Below are positions 45,602 to 54,972 of a DNA stretch of 64,000 nucleotides, one piece after another (within the stretch, counting starts at the first letter, position 1; every line of letters starts with the position of its first letter). Below the pieces are notes generated by a model. It ran no database searches and was not told the DNA's origin. It was given only the letters and a program-made list of their open reading frames with translations. Both the position numbers and the translations under genes were made by a program. The stretch lies in contig CAVVKJ010000010.1 of NCBI GenBank assembly GCA_963748815.1, positions 1,024,001 to 1,088,000 of the forward strand, in the 5' to 3' direction. The stretch is from an uncultured Gemmatimonadales bacterium (GTDB taxonomy: Bacteria; Gemmatimonadota; Gemmatimonadetes; Gemmatimonadales; GWC2-71-9).

Positions 45602-46182
45602 TCCCCGAGCGAGAGGGTGGTCTTCCCGACGGCCCTGCTGTTCGCCGGACCGAGCAGCAGCGCTTCCGGCAGGTCAGGGTAGATGATGCGCAGGGTGTAG
45701 GGCGAATCCTCGGGCGGAGCCACGAAGGCCACGGTGTCGACCGCCGTCTGGCCGGCCTGGACCGGTTCGCGAAAGGTCTTCCCCTCCTGGAACGGCGCGA
45801 CCGCCTCCCCACTCCTTCCGACGAGGCGGAACTGCAGGTAGCCCGGGTACTCGGGCTCACCCTTCGCGTCGCTCCGGGCCTGCACCACGAGCCCGATACG
45901 ATCTTCTTCCATGTCTACCTGTGCGACCGAGAGGTGGAGGTGGCAATCGAAGCCGCAGAACGAGAGTTCCTGACCGAAGGGCAGCACCTTCTGCGGCGCG
46001 AGCGCCCCGGAGAGCACCACGCCGACGAGGTAGACGACCACGAAGCCGCCGGTTCCGATGGCCGCACGCCGGGCGAGTGCGCGGTCCCCCCGTGCCAGGC
46101 CGAAAGCGGTCACGCCGAGTCCGAAGACGAGGAGCAGCGCGGCGCCGATGAGGGCGAGCACTCCGAGAAAATGGGCGAGCAT
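45598..46182 (-). CDS. Hypothetical membrane-anchored protein with extracytoplasmic Ig-like domain
   Basis: Two TM helices, then a beta-rich domain containing FCGFDCH. Confidence 0.6.
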   Translation of the reverse strand: MLAHFLGVLALIGAALLLVFGLGVTAFGLARGDRALARRAAIGTGGFVVVYLVGVVLSGALAPQKVLPFGQELSFCGFDCHLHLSVAQVDMEEDRIGLVVQARSDAKGEPEYPGYLQFRLVGRSGEAVAPFQEGKTFREPVQAGQTAVDTVAFVAPPEDSPYTLRIIYPDLPEALLLGPANSRAVGKTTLSLGE

Positions 46183-46205
46183 CGGTACGACCTCCGAGGG
46201 GAATG

Positions 46206-46934
46206 TCAGACGGCGGCGCTGAGCGGCAGCCCACCGTAGCGTCGGTTCCGGGCGCGGAACGCGAGCAGCGCCTCGCCCAGTTCTTGTTCGTCGAAATCGG
46301 GCCACATCGTGTCGCTGAAGTAGAGCTCGGCGTAGGCCGACTCCCAGAGGAGGAAGTCGCTCAGCCGCTGTTCGCCCCCGGTGCGGATGAGCAGGTCGAC
46401 CGGCGGCACCGCCGGCCCTCCCCGGCCTTCGTCGCTGACCGCCCGCGCAAACGCCTCGCGGCTCGGTGCCGGCTGGTCCGCCAGGGCGATCGCGGCCGCG
46501 ACGATGGCGTCGCGACCGGAATAGTCGACGGCCACCCGGAGGTGGAGGCGGCGACCGTGCCGGGTGGCCGCCTCGGCGTCGCGGATGGCGGCGAGGAGCG
46601 GCAACGGGAGCCGGTCCCGACGACCAATCACCGAGAGCCGGATTCCCCCGGCGACGCAGCGGGCCGTCTCCCGCCGCAGGTGTTCGCGGAAGAGCCGAAG
46701 CAGCCACCGGACCTCGCGCTCCGGCCGCGCCCAGTTGTCCGAGGAAAAGGCATAGAGCGTCAGCGTGCCGACCCCCGCGAGGGGCGTCGCTTCGACGAGT
46801 CGGCGAACGGCGACCGCACCCGCCTGGTGGCCTGCGGCCCGGGGCAATCCCCGCTGGGAGGCCCAGCGGCCGTTCCCGTCGAGGATCACGGCGAGGTGGA
46901 GGCCCGGGGGCGCGGGGAGGACTCGGTCAGGCAT
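46206..46934 (-). CDS. uppS: Undecaprenyl/polyprenyl diphosphate synthase (cis-prenyltransferase)
   Basis: [49 protein letters not shown]. Confidence 0.95.
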   Translation of the reverse strand: MPDRVLPAPPGLHLAVILDGNGRWASQRGLPRAAGHQAGAVAVRRLVEATPLAGVGTLTLYAFSSDNWARPEREVRWLLRLFREHLRRETARCVAGGIRLSVIGRRDRLPLPLLAAIRDAEAATRHGRRLHLRVAVDYSGRDAIVAAAIALADQPAPSREAFARAVSDEGRGGPAVPPVDLLIRTGGEQRLSDFLLWESAYAELYFSDTMWPDFDEQELGEALLAFRARNRRYGGLPLSAAV

Positions 46935-47310
46935 CGCGCGTCCGCTGGATGAGTGCTTCCATGTGATCGAGGTAGGTGGTCAGCGCCTGCCGGCCCTGCG
47001 CGGTCAGGCGATAATCGGTCCGGGGCACCCGGCCGGCGAAACCCTTGCGACAGTCGACGTATCCGGCATCCTCCAGCTTCCTGGCGTGAACGCTGAGGTT
47101 GCCGTCGCTGGTGTCGACGAGGGCCTTGAGTTCGGTGAAGCTGAGCCAGTCGTGTCCGGCGAGCGCGCTGACGATGGCCAGCCGCTTCCGTTCGTGGATC
47201 AGGTGATCGAGGTCGGTGGCGGCAACGGCTCCTCCGCCGTCGACCGCACCGAGCGATGTGACCGACGCGGAGTCTCTGCGCACTTTCCGTGCGGCGGCGT
47301 GCCTAGCCAC
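46927..47310 (-). CDS. Winged-helix transcriptional regulator (HTH_34 / MarR-ArsR-like)
   Basis: [47 protein letters not shown]. Confidence 0.9.
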   Translation of the reverse strand: MARHAAARKVRRDSASVTSLGAVDGGGAVAATDLDHLIHERKRLAIVSALAGHDWLSFTELKALVDTSDGNLSVHARKLEDAGYVDCRKGFAGRVPRTDYRLTAQGRQALTTYLDHMEALIQRTRDA

Positions 47311-47905
47311 CGTGCCTCCGCGCGATGTAGGTGCCGAATCCGATCTGTACCGCGCCGAAGCCGATGGCCATCCCGAGGTCGCCCCACGCGGGCCAGAAGA
47401 GCGCGACCGCGCCGACGCCCATGAACACGATCCCCATTAGTGGCACCGCCCGCACCGAGAAGGCCCCGCCGGTGACGACCCCCGCCCCATACAGCAGCAG
47501 CCAGGTTCCGGGGAGCAGTGCGCCGCTGCCGGCCGCCCAGAGCGCCGGGGTCAGCAGTGCCCCGACCAGGACGGGGGGGGCGAAGCTCAGCAGGAACTGC
47601 CGCGCCGGCCGCGCGAACGCCGAGCCCTGCAGCCGTCGCGACTTCCGCCCGAGCGACCACGCCCCGATCAGGAAGGCAAGCACCCCCTCGGTGAGCCAGA
47701 CCGCCAGCCACTGCCTGGGGGATGTCGTGCCGGCGGCGAGGCCGGCGGCGGCAAGCGCCGTGAAGCCCATCGTCACCCCGCCCCACCCGGGAACTCCAGT
47801 GAATGCGGTGGCGCGCTCCATCGTGTTCCGGATGAAGGAGAGGTTCTCGCGGGCGCGGTCGCCGAGGTCGGTGGCCGCGCTGGGGGCGGCAGGCTGATCA
47901 GGCAT
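47303..47905 (-). CDS. Multi-TM membrane protein (possible sensor partner of the regulator)
   Basis: About six hydrophobic helices; N-terminal ARENLSFIRNTMERA. Confidence 0.75.
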   Translation of the reverse strand: MPDQPAAPSAATDLGDRARENLSFIRNTMERATAFTGVPGWGGVTMGFTALAAAGLAAGTTSPRQWLAVWLTEGVLAFLIGAWSLGRKSRRLQGSAFARPARQFLLSFAPPVLVGALLTPALWAAGSGALLPGTWLLLYGAGVVTGGAFSVRAVPLMGIVFMGVGAVALFWPAWGDLGMAIGFGAVQIGFGTYIARRHGG

Positions 47906-47914
47906 TGTTCGGAC

Positions 47915-47964
47915 AGTCTACCGCCCGGACCCATCAACGTCAAGTACTTTGTGTAACAAAGTAC
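47915..47964 (-). promoter_or_regulatory. Sigma70 promoter with adjacent palindromic operator
   Basis: TTGACG(47943-47938)-N17-TAGACT(47920-47915). The perfect inverted repeat GTACTTTGT-N3-ACAAAGTAC at 47944-47964 abuts the -35 box. Confidence 0.7.
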
Positions 47965-48098
47965 AGCCGCTGTGTCGACCCCTTCCCCTCCGACGTCTCC
48001 CGCTCGTCCCGGGTGAGGTGGGCCGCAGGCTGGCGGACCCACCCAGTTCGGGACAGATTTGGCTCCCCCGACCCACACCCGTCAGCTTCAGGACCTCA

Positions 48099-49208
48099 AT
48101 GCGGATTCGGCGCTTTCTGCTGTGCGCGGCGCTTGCCGTGGGTGCCTGCAGTCATGAGCAGCCGTTCGAGACGGCCGACGTCTCGAGCGACACGCCCTTT
48201 CGACCCGGGCTGCCCACCCAACTGACGTACAACGCCGGCAGCGACCTGCACGCCGCCTGGGCGGATGACGGCCGGTCCTTCCTCTATTCGGCCCAGCTCT
48301 ACGGCCGCCCCGACTTCGATCGCTGCCTCTTCCAGCTCCCCGCCACCGGCGGCTCGAGCCTGGTCACCATCTGCAATCCCAACCCCGCCGCCGCCGACTC
48401 CGCCGACCTCTTCGATATGCCGGCGCTCTACGGCACCGACCGGCTCCTCTTCGTCCGAACCGTCGGCCGCCCCGGCGCCGTCGCTCCCAACACGGGGGGC
48501 GTCTACCTCGGCACGCTGCACGACCCGCTCGCCGCCACGCGGCTCTTCCCCCTGCCCTACGCGATACCCGGCGGCCGCACCCACGGGATGATTTCCACGC
48601 CGCTCTGGGTCAGCCAGAACCGCGCGATGTACGTGGGACAATCGGTGATCTATTCCCGGGAGACCAATGGCGCCCCCCTCGACACCCTCGTCACCGGGCT
48701 CGAAGTCGTCGAGTTGGCCCTGGGCGGGACACAGCCGGCCTTTGCCGTCGTCGCCAGCACGTATGGCGCCAGTTCCGCCGCGCTGTCGACCACCCGCGAC
48801 ACCCTCTACTACACGGTCATCAACGACAGCCGGGTCTTCCGCCTCTCCCTGATCTCGGGGCAGACCACGGTCGCGCATGATTTCGGCGTTCTCGGGATCG
48901 CCCGTGACGTCACCGTCCTCGGCGCACGCCTCGTCGCGGTGGTCGGGGGCGAGGTCGAGTACCACGACGATCCGGTCCTCGGCCCGATCCAGCCCGACGG
49001 CGGGGGGCCGCTCTACTCGGTGGACCTGGCGACCGGCACCGAGCTGCTCCTCCCGACGGACACGCTGCTGTTCTTCCGGCGGCCGGCGTTCGCGCCGACC
49101 GGATCTCCGGTGCGCCTCGTCGCGGAAGGGTATCCGCGCCGAGTCAACCTCACGCGCAACGCGCTCGTGAGCAAAGTGGGCGACCTCTACCTCTACGAGG
49201 CGCCGTGA
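48099..49208 (+). CDS. Lipoprotein, TolB/beta-propeller-like
   Basis: Lipobox VGAC; PD40-like QLTYNAGSDLHAAWADDGRSFLYS. Confidence 0.65.
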   Translation: MRIRRFLLCAALAVGACSHEQPFETADVSSDTPFRPGLPTQLTYNAGSDLHAAWADDGRSFLYSAQLYGRPDFDRCLFQLPATGGSSLVTICNPNPAAADSADLFDMPALYGTDRLLFVRTVGRPGAVAPNTGGVYLGTLHDPLAATRLFPLPYAIPGGRTHGMISTPLWVSQNRAMYVGQSVIYSRETNGAPLDTLVTGLEVVELALGGTQPAFAVVASTYGASSAALSTTRDTLYYTVINDSRVFRLSLISGQTTVAHDFGVLGIARDVTVLGARLVAVVGGEVEYHDDPVLGPIQPDGGGPLYSVDLATGTELLLPTDTLLFFRRPAFAPTGSPVRLVAEGYPRRVNLTRNALVSKVGDLYLYEAP

Positions 49209-51980
49209 GCGCGCGGCTGCTCACCCTCCTCGCACTGCTCGCGGCGGCGGCCCCGGTCGCGGCGCAGTCCAGCGGGGCCATCGCGGGGGTCGCGCGCGAC
49301 GCGCAGACCGGTGCCCCGCTGGCGCACGTGACCGTGAGCGTGGACAACGGCCGGCGGGGGGCCGTGACCGATTCGGCCGGGCGGTACCGCATCCGCGAGG
49401 TGCGAAGCGGCGTCTACACGCTGCGGGCGGTCCTGATCGGCTACACCCCGCAGGCCAGGGACAGCCTGGTCGTCCGGGCGAACGGCACGACGGTGCTCGA
49501 CCTGGCCATGCAGCCCACCGCCGTCCCGGTGGAGACGATCAACGTACAGGCGGTCCCCGACCCGACGCTCGACCCGCTGGCGGTCGCCACCGAACAGAAG
49601 AAGACGGGCGAGGAGCTGCGCCGCCTCCCCGTCAGTTCGGTCAACGAGGCGATCGCCCTCTCCGCCGGCGCCGTCGGGCAGAGCTACCGGGGCGGCCGCC
49701 TGGGGCAGGAGTCGTTCGTCCTCGACGGGATCGGGGTCAAGAATCAGCTCGACGCGTCGAGCAACTCGCTCGGCATCCGGATCCCGACCACGATGGTCAC
49801 GGAGGCGTCGCTCACCACCAACGCCTTCTCCGCCCGGTACGGCCAGGCGCTCTCCGGCGTCGTCAACGTCGTGACCCGGGACGGCGGCCCGCAGTGGCAC
49901 GGCCTGGCCATGTACGAATCCGACCGGCTCTTCACCGACAACGCCGACTTCGGCCTCGATCGCCTCCTGCTCCAGGCCGACGGTCCGCTCTTCGCCGGCA
50001 TCACCTTCATCGGCGTCATCGACGCGACCGGCCGCCTCGACAACGACCCGGTCAGCGCCCCGGCCCCGACCGACACCCTCGATCCGCGGTACGACGCGGT
50101 CGCCATGCTGCCCGCACAACAGCGGCGAGCAGCTCGACATCGCGGGCAAGCTGTCCATCCCGATCGGGCGGAAGCAGACCCTGCGGCTCTTCGGGCTCTA
50201 CGGCGCCCAGCAGGGACTGCTCTACGACCAGCTCTTCAAGTACGACCTCGGCTTCGCGCCGGCCCAGCGCATTACCGGCGGGCTCGTGACCGCCGACTAT
50301 CAGTACGCCTCGGCGCCCGATGCGGGCACGCCGCTCATCCTCGACGTGCGCGCCGGATGGTACGGCAAGGACTTTCACCGCGGCGACCTGACCGAACAAC
50401 CGGACTACAAGTTCGGCGCCTTCACCGGCCAGACCTTCCACTTCCGGGGGGAGGAAATGGCGGAGCGGCTCGACACCGCGGCGGCGCGGGGGGCCGTCCC
50501 CGGATTCACCTACCCCACCTACAGCACCGCCACGCCGTGGGGCGTGCCCGGGTTCTTCCTGGCCGGCGGTTCCCGCGGCGAGATTGCCTACAACAACTTC
50601 GAGGAACTCCGCACCCAGGTCGACGCCACGATCGGCCTGGGGCACAGCACCGACCTCTACGTCGGCGGACAGTACCTGAACCAGCAGGTGCAGACCTTCC
50701 AGCGCGTCGACGCCTGGGCGCCCGTCGGCGACAGCGTGCCTCCCGCGACCGCGTCGGACTTCAGCCCCCGCGCGGCCTCGCTCTATGCGGAGGCGCAGGC
50801 CCGGCTTGCCGACGTCGCCTTTACCGGCGGACTCCGCTACGACTACTTCGATCCCGGCGCCGACCTCAACAACGACCAGCTCAGCGCGCAGACCTCGCTC
50901 AACCCCCGCTTCGCGGTGTCCACGATCCTGAGCGGGGCCACGCTGGTGGCGAGCTACGGCCGGTTCAGCATGCCCCCCGACCTGCAGTTCCTGGTCGACG
51001 CCGCCTTCGACGACTCGACGCGCACCGGCCGCTACCGCCGCGGCAACCCGAATCTCGGCTTCGAAAACTCCACCCAGTACGAGTTCAGTCTCCGCCTCCG
51101 GCCGCAGCCGAAATTTGCGCTCCGGCTCGGCGCCTACTACAAGCGGCTCGACGGGCTGGTGTCCTCGGTGCCGCTGGGGGTGAACCCCGACAGCTCGATC
51201 TTCGCGAACACCGACTACGGCACGGTAAAGGGCTTCGAGATCCTGGCCACGCGGCCACTGGTCGACGGCTGGGGACTCCAGGTGTCGTATGTCCTGCAGA
51301 GCGCCAACGCATCCTCGACCGACGCGTTCCTCCGCATCCAGTCACCCAGCATCGATCCCAGCACCGGCGACACGCTCTACCCCGCGCGGGTCGAATACCC
51401 GCTCGACTACGACCAGCGGCACGCCCTGACGGCGGTCTTCCAGTCGATGGTCAACCCGGGTGCCGGCCCGACGGTACTGGGCGGCCATCCCCTCGGCGCG
51501 CTGGAGACGGCGCTCGTGGTCCGTTTCGCCTCGGGGCTCCCTTTCACCATGACGAACGCGTCGGGAGACTCGCTGGTCAGCAGCGTCAACGGCCTGCGGC
51601 TGCCGTCGTACACCACCTTCGACCTGCTCATCCGGAAGCCGATCCCCTTCGGCAGCAACCTGGCGAGCATCTACCTCGACATCCGGAACGTCTTCAATAC
51701 GACGACCATCCAGTACGTGCGGCAGGACACCGGCACACCGAACATCGACGCGGACATGCTGGAACAGCAGGCGCGGGACGCGTACAACGCCCACCCCGAG
51801 CCGATCCCCTACGAATCTCCCCGCTACCGCGCCTACGCCGACCTGAACGCCAACGGACGCATCGAGGGAGAAGCGGAGCTGATGCCGCTCTACCTGCGCG
51901 CGGCCCAGGACTACAACACGCCGGTGTTCCAGTACGGGAATCCGCGCCTCCTTCGGCTGGGGCTTGAGGTCGCCTTCTAG
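49205..51980 (+). CDS. TonB-dependent receptor with one +1 frameshift at about 50112
   Basis: Signal peptide, carboxypeptidase-regulatory-like domain, plug (FSARYGQALSGVVNVVT), beta-barrel (GLRYDYF, NPRF), C-terminal Phe. Removing one C from CCC 50111-50113 joins the two frames (about 924 aa). Confidence 0.85.
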
Positions 51981-51981
51981 G

Positions 51982-52611
51982 GTGACGACGCGCGACACCG
52001 CCGAATTGGCGCAGCTCCTGAAGATCGCGTTCTGGCTCGGCGGGTCGATGCTGATCATCGGCCCCGCCGCCATCCTGTTCGCGGCACGGCGCTTCGACCT
52101 CGCCGCCGTCGTCGTCGTCATTCTCCTCCTCCTGCTCCTGCCCGCCACCTGGGGCCTGATCCTCCTTGTGGAGCGGGGCACCGCCCAGGCGTCGCGGGGC
52201 CTGATCACGACGTTGCACGCCGGCAACGCCGACGCGCCGGGGACGGGGTTTTCACGGCAAGAGGCGCTGGTCGCGCAGGGCCGACTGGAGGACGCCGCGG
52301 TCGCCTATCGTCTGCATCTTGCCGACCATCCGAATGATGTCGCCGCACTCGTGGCCCTCGGCCGCCTCCTGGGCGGGCCGCTCGCCGATCCCGAGGGGGC
52401 CGCCGCTGCGTATCGCACCGCGCGACAGTCCCCCGCGAGCGGGGACTGGAACCGGCTCATCTCGAATGACCTGATCGACCTGTACGGGCGGACCGGGCAG
52501 GAGGGAAGGCTGCGGGTGGAGCTGGCCCGATTCGGTGAAACGTATCGCGGCACGAACGCAGGCGACGCAGCGCTCGCGCGGCTGCGCGAATTGAAACAAG
52601 AGGGGGAGTAG
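51982..52611 (+). CDS. Membrane-anchored TPR protein
   Basis: Two TM helices, then TPR-like helices. Confidence 0.65.
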   Translation: MTTRDTAELAQLLKIAFWLGGSMLIIGPAAILFAARRFDLAAVVVVILLLLLLPATWGLILLVERGTAQASRGLITTLHAGNADAPGTGFSRQEALVAQGRLEDAAVAYRLHLADHPNDVAALVALGRLLGGPLADPEGAAAAYRTARQSPASGDWNRLISNDLIDLYGRTGQEGRLRVELARFGETYRGTNAGDAALARLRELKQEGE

Positions 52612-52688
52612 CGGGGAAGCGGGGAAGCGGGGAAGCGGGGAAGCGGGGAAGCGGGGAAGCGGGGAAGCGGGGAAGCGGGGAAGCGGGG
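52611..52688 (+). repeat. Perfect tandem repeat (GCGGGGAA)x9.75
   Basis: Nine exact 8-bp units at 52611-52682 plus GCGGGG. Confidence 0.97.
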
Positions 52689-52786
52689 CCGAAGGTGCGA
52701 TCAACCCCGCGGGGTGTCAACCACTTTGACGGACCCGATCAACCGGGGTGAACTTCCCATCGCGCACGAATGGTTGAATTCGTTTG

Positions 52787-52812
52787 AAAAGGGGTGGGCA
52801 TAAGCCCACCCC
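52787..52812 (-). terminator. Probable terminator for the SCO-PCuAC-ctaG transcript
   Basis: 9-bp stem GGGGTGGGC/GCCCACCCC, 4-nt loop, UUUU following on the minus strand. Confidence 0.6.
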
Positions 52813-52865
52813 GGTCCGTCCGCCCGCGCATGGGGATGCCACCCACCTCGGGACTCTCGCTTCCC

Positions 52866-52980
52866 ATGGACCCCGGCGACCCTGCCCCGGCGAAAGCCGG
52901 GGGGCCGGGGTGACGGCCGGATCACCACGTTCGCGTCTTCGCGTGAGCCCCTATAGACCCCGGCTCCTGCCGGGGCAATG
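52866..52980. repeat. Two REP-like palindromes
   Basis: ATGGACCCCGGC...GCCGGGGTGACG (52866-52915, with a nested CCCCGGC-GAAA-GCCGGGG hairpin) and ATAGACCCCGGC-TCCT-GCCGGGGCAATG (52953-52980). Confidence 0.55.
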
Positions 52981-52991
52981 GAAACATCCGC

Positions 52992-53873
52992 CTACCCGCC
53001 CCCCTGCCCCGCGGCCCCGCCAAGTTGTCGCCCCGCCGCCCGCGCGAGCTTCTCCGCCCGGTCCGCCGCCTCCTCCACGCGCTGCCACCGGAAGAAGACG
53101 ATCGCCATCGCCAGCCAGATGATCGGATCGGCCACGGCCTTCATCAGGAGGCCGGCCGCCTGCTGATCGGCGATGGCGGAGATGTCGCTGACGCGTGGCG
53201 CCAGCTCGTAGAGCGCGTAGAGCGGGTAGTCGGCATAGGTGAGGAAGGCGGCCGGGACGATCGGCACGAGCGTACTGAGAAAGAGGTACCCGATTTTCCA
53301 CGGATAGGAGACGCGACTGATGGCCGGGTTCGGTGCAAGCACCGGCCACCACATGACCAGGCCGCCGATCAGCCAGGCGAGGTCCACGACGAAGGAGCCG
53401 GACTGCGTGCGCCGGAACCCGTCCACCACCGGCGGAAGGTGAGATGCGAGCAGGATCGCGTCGGTAATCAGGAGCGCCACCACCGGGCGGGCCAGGAACC
53501 CGAGCAGTCGGCCGACACGCGAGTCGCTTCGTGCGGACAGCGGAAGCCACGCAGGCACGCCGAGGAGCAGGAGTGGCGGCACCACGAGGGTGTAGAGGAT
53601 CCACTGGGCCGTGTGAATGGTCAGGAGGTACCCTGCCCCGAGCGCGCCGATCGGCCAGTCGGTCGCCGCCCAGAGAACGAGCAATCCGACCATGAACCAC
53701 GCCGCCTGCCCGCGGGAAATCGGCGGCCGCCCGGCGGGGGCGTGCAACGGCGCCAATCGTCGAACCAGGAGCGCGAACCCGAGCCCGATTCCCACGACGA
53801 AGAGCCAGACTCCGGGATAGGCCTGCCAGGTCCAGGTCCACGCCACGTCGCGGGCCGCGCACCACCATGTCAT
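52992..53873 (-). CDS. ctaG: Cytochrome c oxidase assembly factor (Caa3 CtaG family)
   Basis: Multi-TM; DWP, HTAQW..Y...PPLLLLG, WWPV, DQQAAGLLMK. Confidence 0.85.
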   Translation of the reverse strand: MTWWCAARDVAWTWTWQAYPGVWLFVVGIGLGFALLVRRLAPLHAPAGRPPISRGQAAWFMVGLLVLWAATDWPIGALGAGYLLTIHTAQWILYTLVVPPLLLLGVPAWLPLSARSDSRVGRLLGFLARPVVALLITDAILLASHLPPVVDGFRRTQSGSFVVDLAWLIGGLVMWWPVLAPNPAISRVSYPWKIGYLFLSTLVPIVPAAFLTYADYPLYALYELAPRVSDISAIADQQAAGLLMKAVADPIIWLAMAIVFFRWQRVEEAADRAEKLARAAGRQLGGAAGQGGG

Positions 53874-54298
53874 CGCTCGGCCCCGTACGGCAGCACCGGC
53901 GCGGCGAAGCGGATCTCCTGCCCGCGGGCAAAGCGGGCAACCACTCGCAAGGTGTCACCGGCGACCGGTGCCCGATCGATCCCCTCCATCATGACATGCA
54001 GCCCGCCGGGCTCGAGCGTCACGGTGGAGCGCGGCGGGAGCGCGAGGGCTCCGACGTGCCGCATCTCGACCCGCTCCCCCTCGACGACCTGCTCGTGAAT
54101 CATCGCAACGAGGGTGCCGGCCACCTCGATGTCGACGAGCGTGTCAGGCTCGCTCCCCCGATTTTCGACCGTGAAGTACGCCACCGCGACGTTGCCCAGC
54201 ACCGACTCATAGCTGTAGGCGTCCCGAATCTCGATCGGCGGTCCCTTCGGGGCGCACGCGGTGACGAGCAGCAGGACCCCGGCGAGTCGTCCGGTCAC
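53870..54298 (-). CDS. Copper chaperone PCu(A)C lipoprotein
   Basis: Lipobox VTAC; IHE...MR and LEPGGLHVMM motifs. Confidence 0.9.
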   Translation of the reverse strand: MTGRLAGVLLLVTACAPKGPPIEIRDAYSYESVLGNVAVAYFTVENRGSEPDTLVDIEVAGTLVAMIHEQVVEGERVEMRHVGALALPPRSTVTLEPGGLHVMMEGIDRAPVAGDTLRVVARFARGQEIRFAAPVLPYGAER

Positions 54299-54936
54299 GG
54301 TTTGTCCGGATAGGCAACGAGGCGGGGAATCTCCTGCGCCCACTCCGATTGCCGCGTGCCGAACGGAAGCGCGAAGCGCGCCATACCGTCGCGGGTGAAG
54401 GCGATCACGTGCGCCGAGTGGGCGACGGTGTACGGACGCCCCTCGACCGACTCCTCCTTGTATGCCGGGGGGAGGCGCATCGCGGTCTGGGCCGAGTCCA
54501 CCTCCGCCTGGGTGCCGGTGAGTCCGACGAACCGCGGGTCGAAATGATCGAGCCAGGCGCGGATCGTCTCCGGGGTGTCGCGCTCCGGGTCGGTTGTGAC
54601 GAACACCACCGTCACCTGGCGCGCCACCGCGTCGGGGAGCTTGTGCAGCGCCGCGGCGATGTTCGCCATGTGCACCGGGCAGATGTCGGGACAGCTGGTG
54701 TATCCGAAGAAGAGGAGAGTCATCGACCCCTCCGTCGCCTCCCGGAACGCGTAGGGGCGGCCCTCGGTGTCGGTCAGGGTGAAGTCGGGCTTCGGGCGGG
54801 GGTTGGGATACTCGCGCGCCGCCGACGCGCCGCCGGCCTCCGGCGTGCCGGCGGAGGGAGCCCGGCGGCCTTCGCAGGCGGTGGCGAGGAGCAGAGCGGG
54901 CGCCAGGAGCGCAATTGCGAATCGAGTGGCGGTCAT
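54295..54936 (-). CDS. SCO1/SenC family copper lipoprotein
   Basis: FFGYTSCPDICP, DPERDTP, VAHS. Confidence 0.93.
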   Translation of the reverse strand: MTATRFAIALLAPALLLATACEGRRAPSAGTPEAGGASAAREYPNPRPKPDFTLTDTEGRPYAFREATEGSMTLLFFGYTSCPDICPVHMANIAAALHKLPDAVARQVTVVFVTTDPERDTPETIRAWLDHFDPRFVGLTGTQAEVDSAQTAMRLPPAYKEESVEGRPYTVAHSAHVIAFTRDGMARFALPFGTRQSEWAQEIPRLVAYPDKP

Positions 54937-54972
54937 CCGGGGAAATCTATCACGGCCCCGCGGCGAACGAGT

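Noticed and set aside
47990..48095. c-di-AMP (ydaO) riboswitch suggested by CCCACACCCGTCAGCT
   Set aside because: The 5' GCTGAATCC/GGAAC elements and the TAAC continuation are missing; only an imperfect hairpin remains.
49205..51980. Programmed frameshift or phase variation in the TonB receptor
   Set aside because: The shift is in a 3-nt C run with no slippery heptamer or long tract, and it matches the +1 error pattern seen in herA.
52611..52688. Repeat array as CRISPR, or the PLPRFPAS-repeat ORFs (52252-52720) as proteins
   Set aside because: The units are 8 bp with no spacers and no cas genes nearby. The ORFs are just translations of the microsatellite, antisense to a real gene.
52685..52955. 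tmRNA, SRP RNA, RNase P or c-di-GMP-I riboswitch
   Set aside because: No T-loop/CCA end, no CAGG-GNRA-AGCA SRP motif, no GAGGAAAGTCC, and no GCAAA/GCAAAG flanking the GAAA hairpin.
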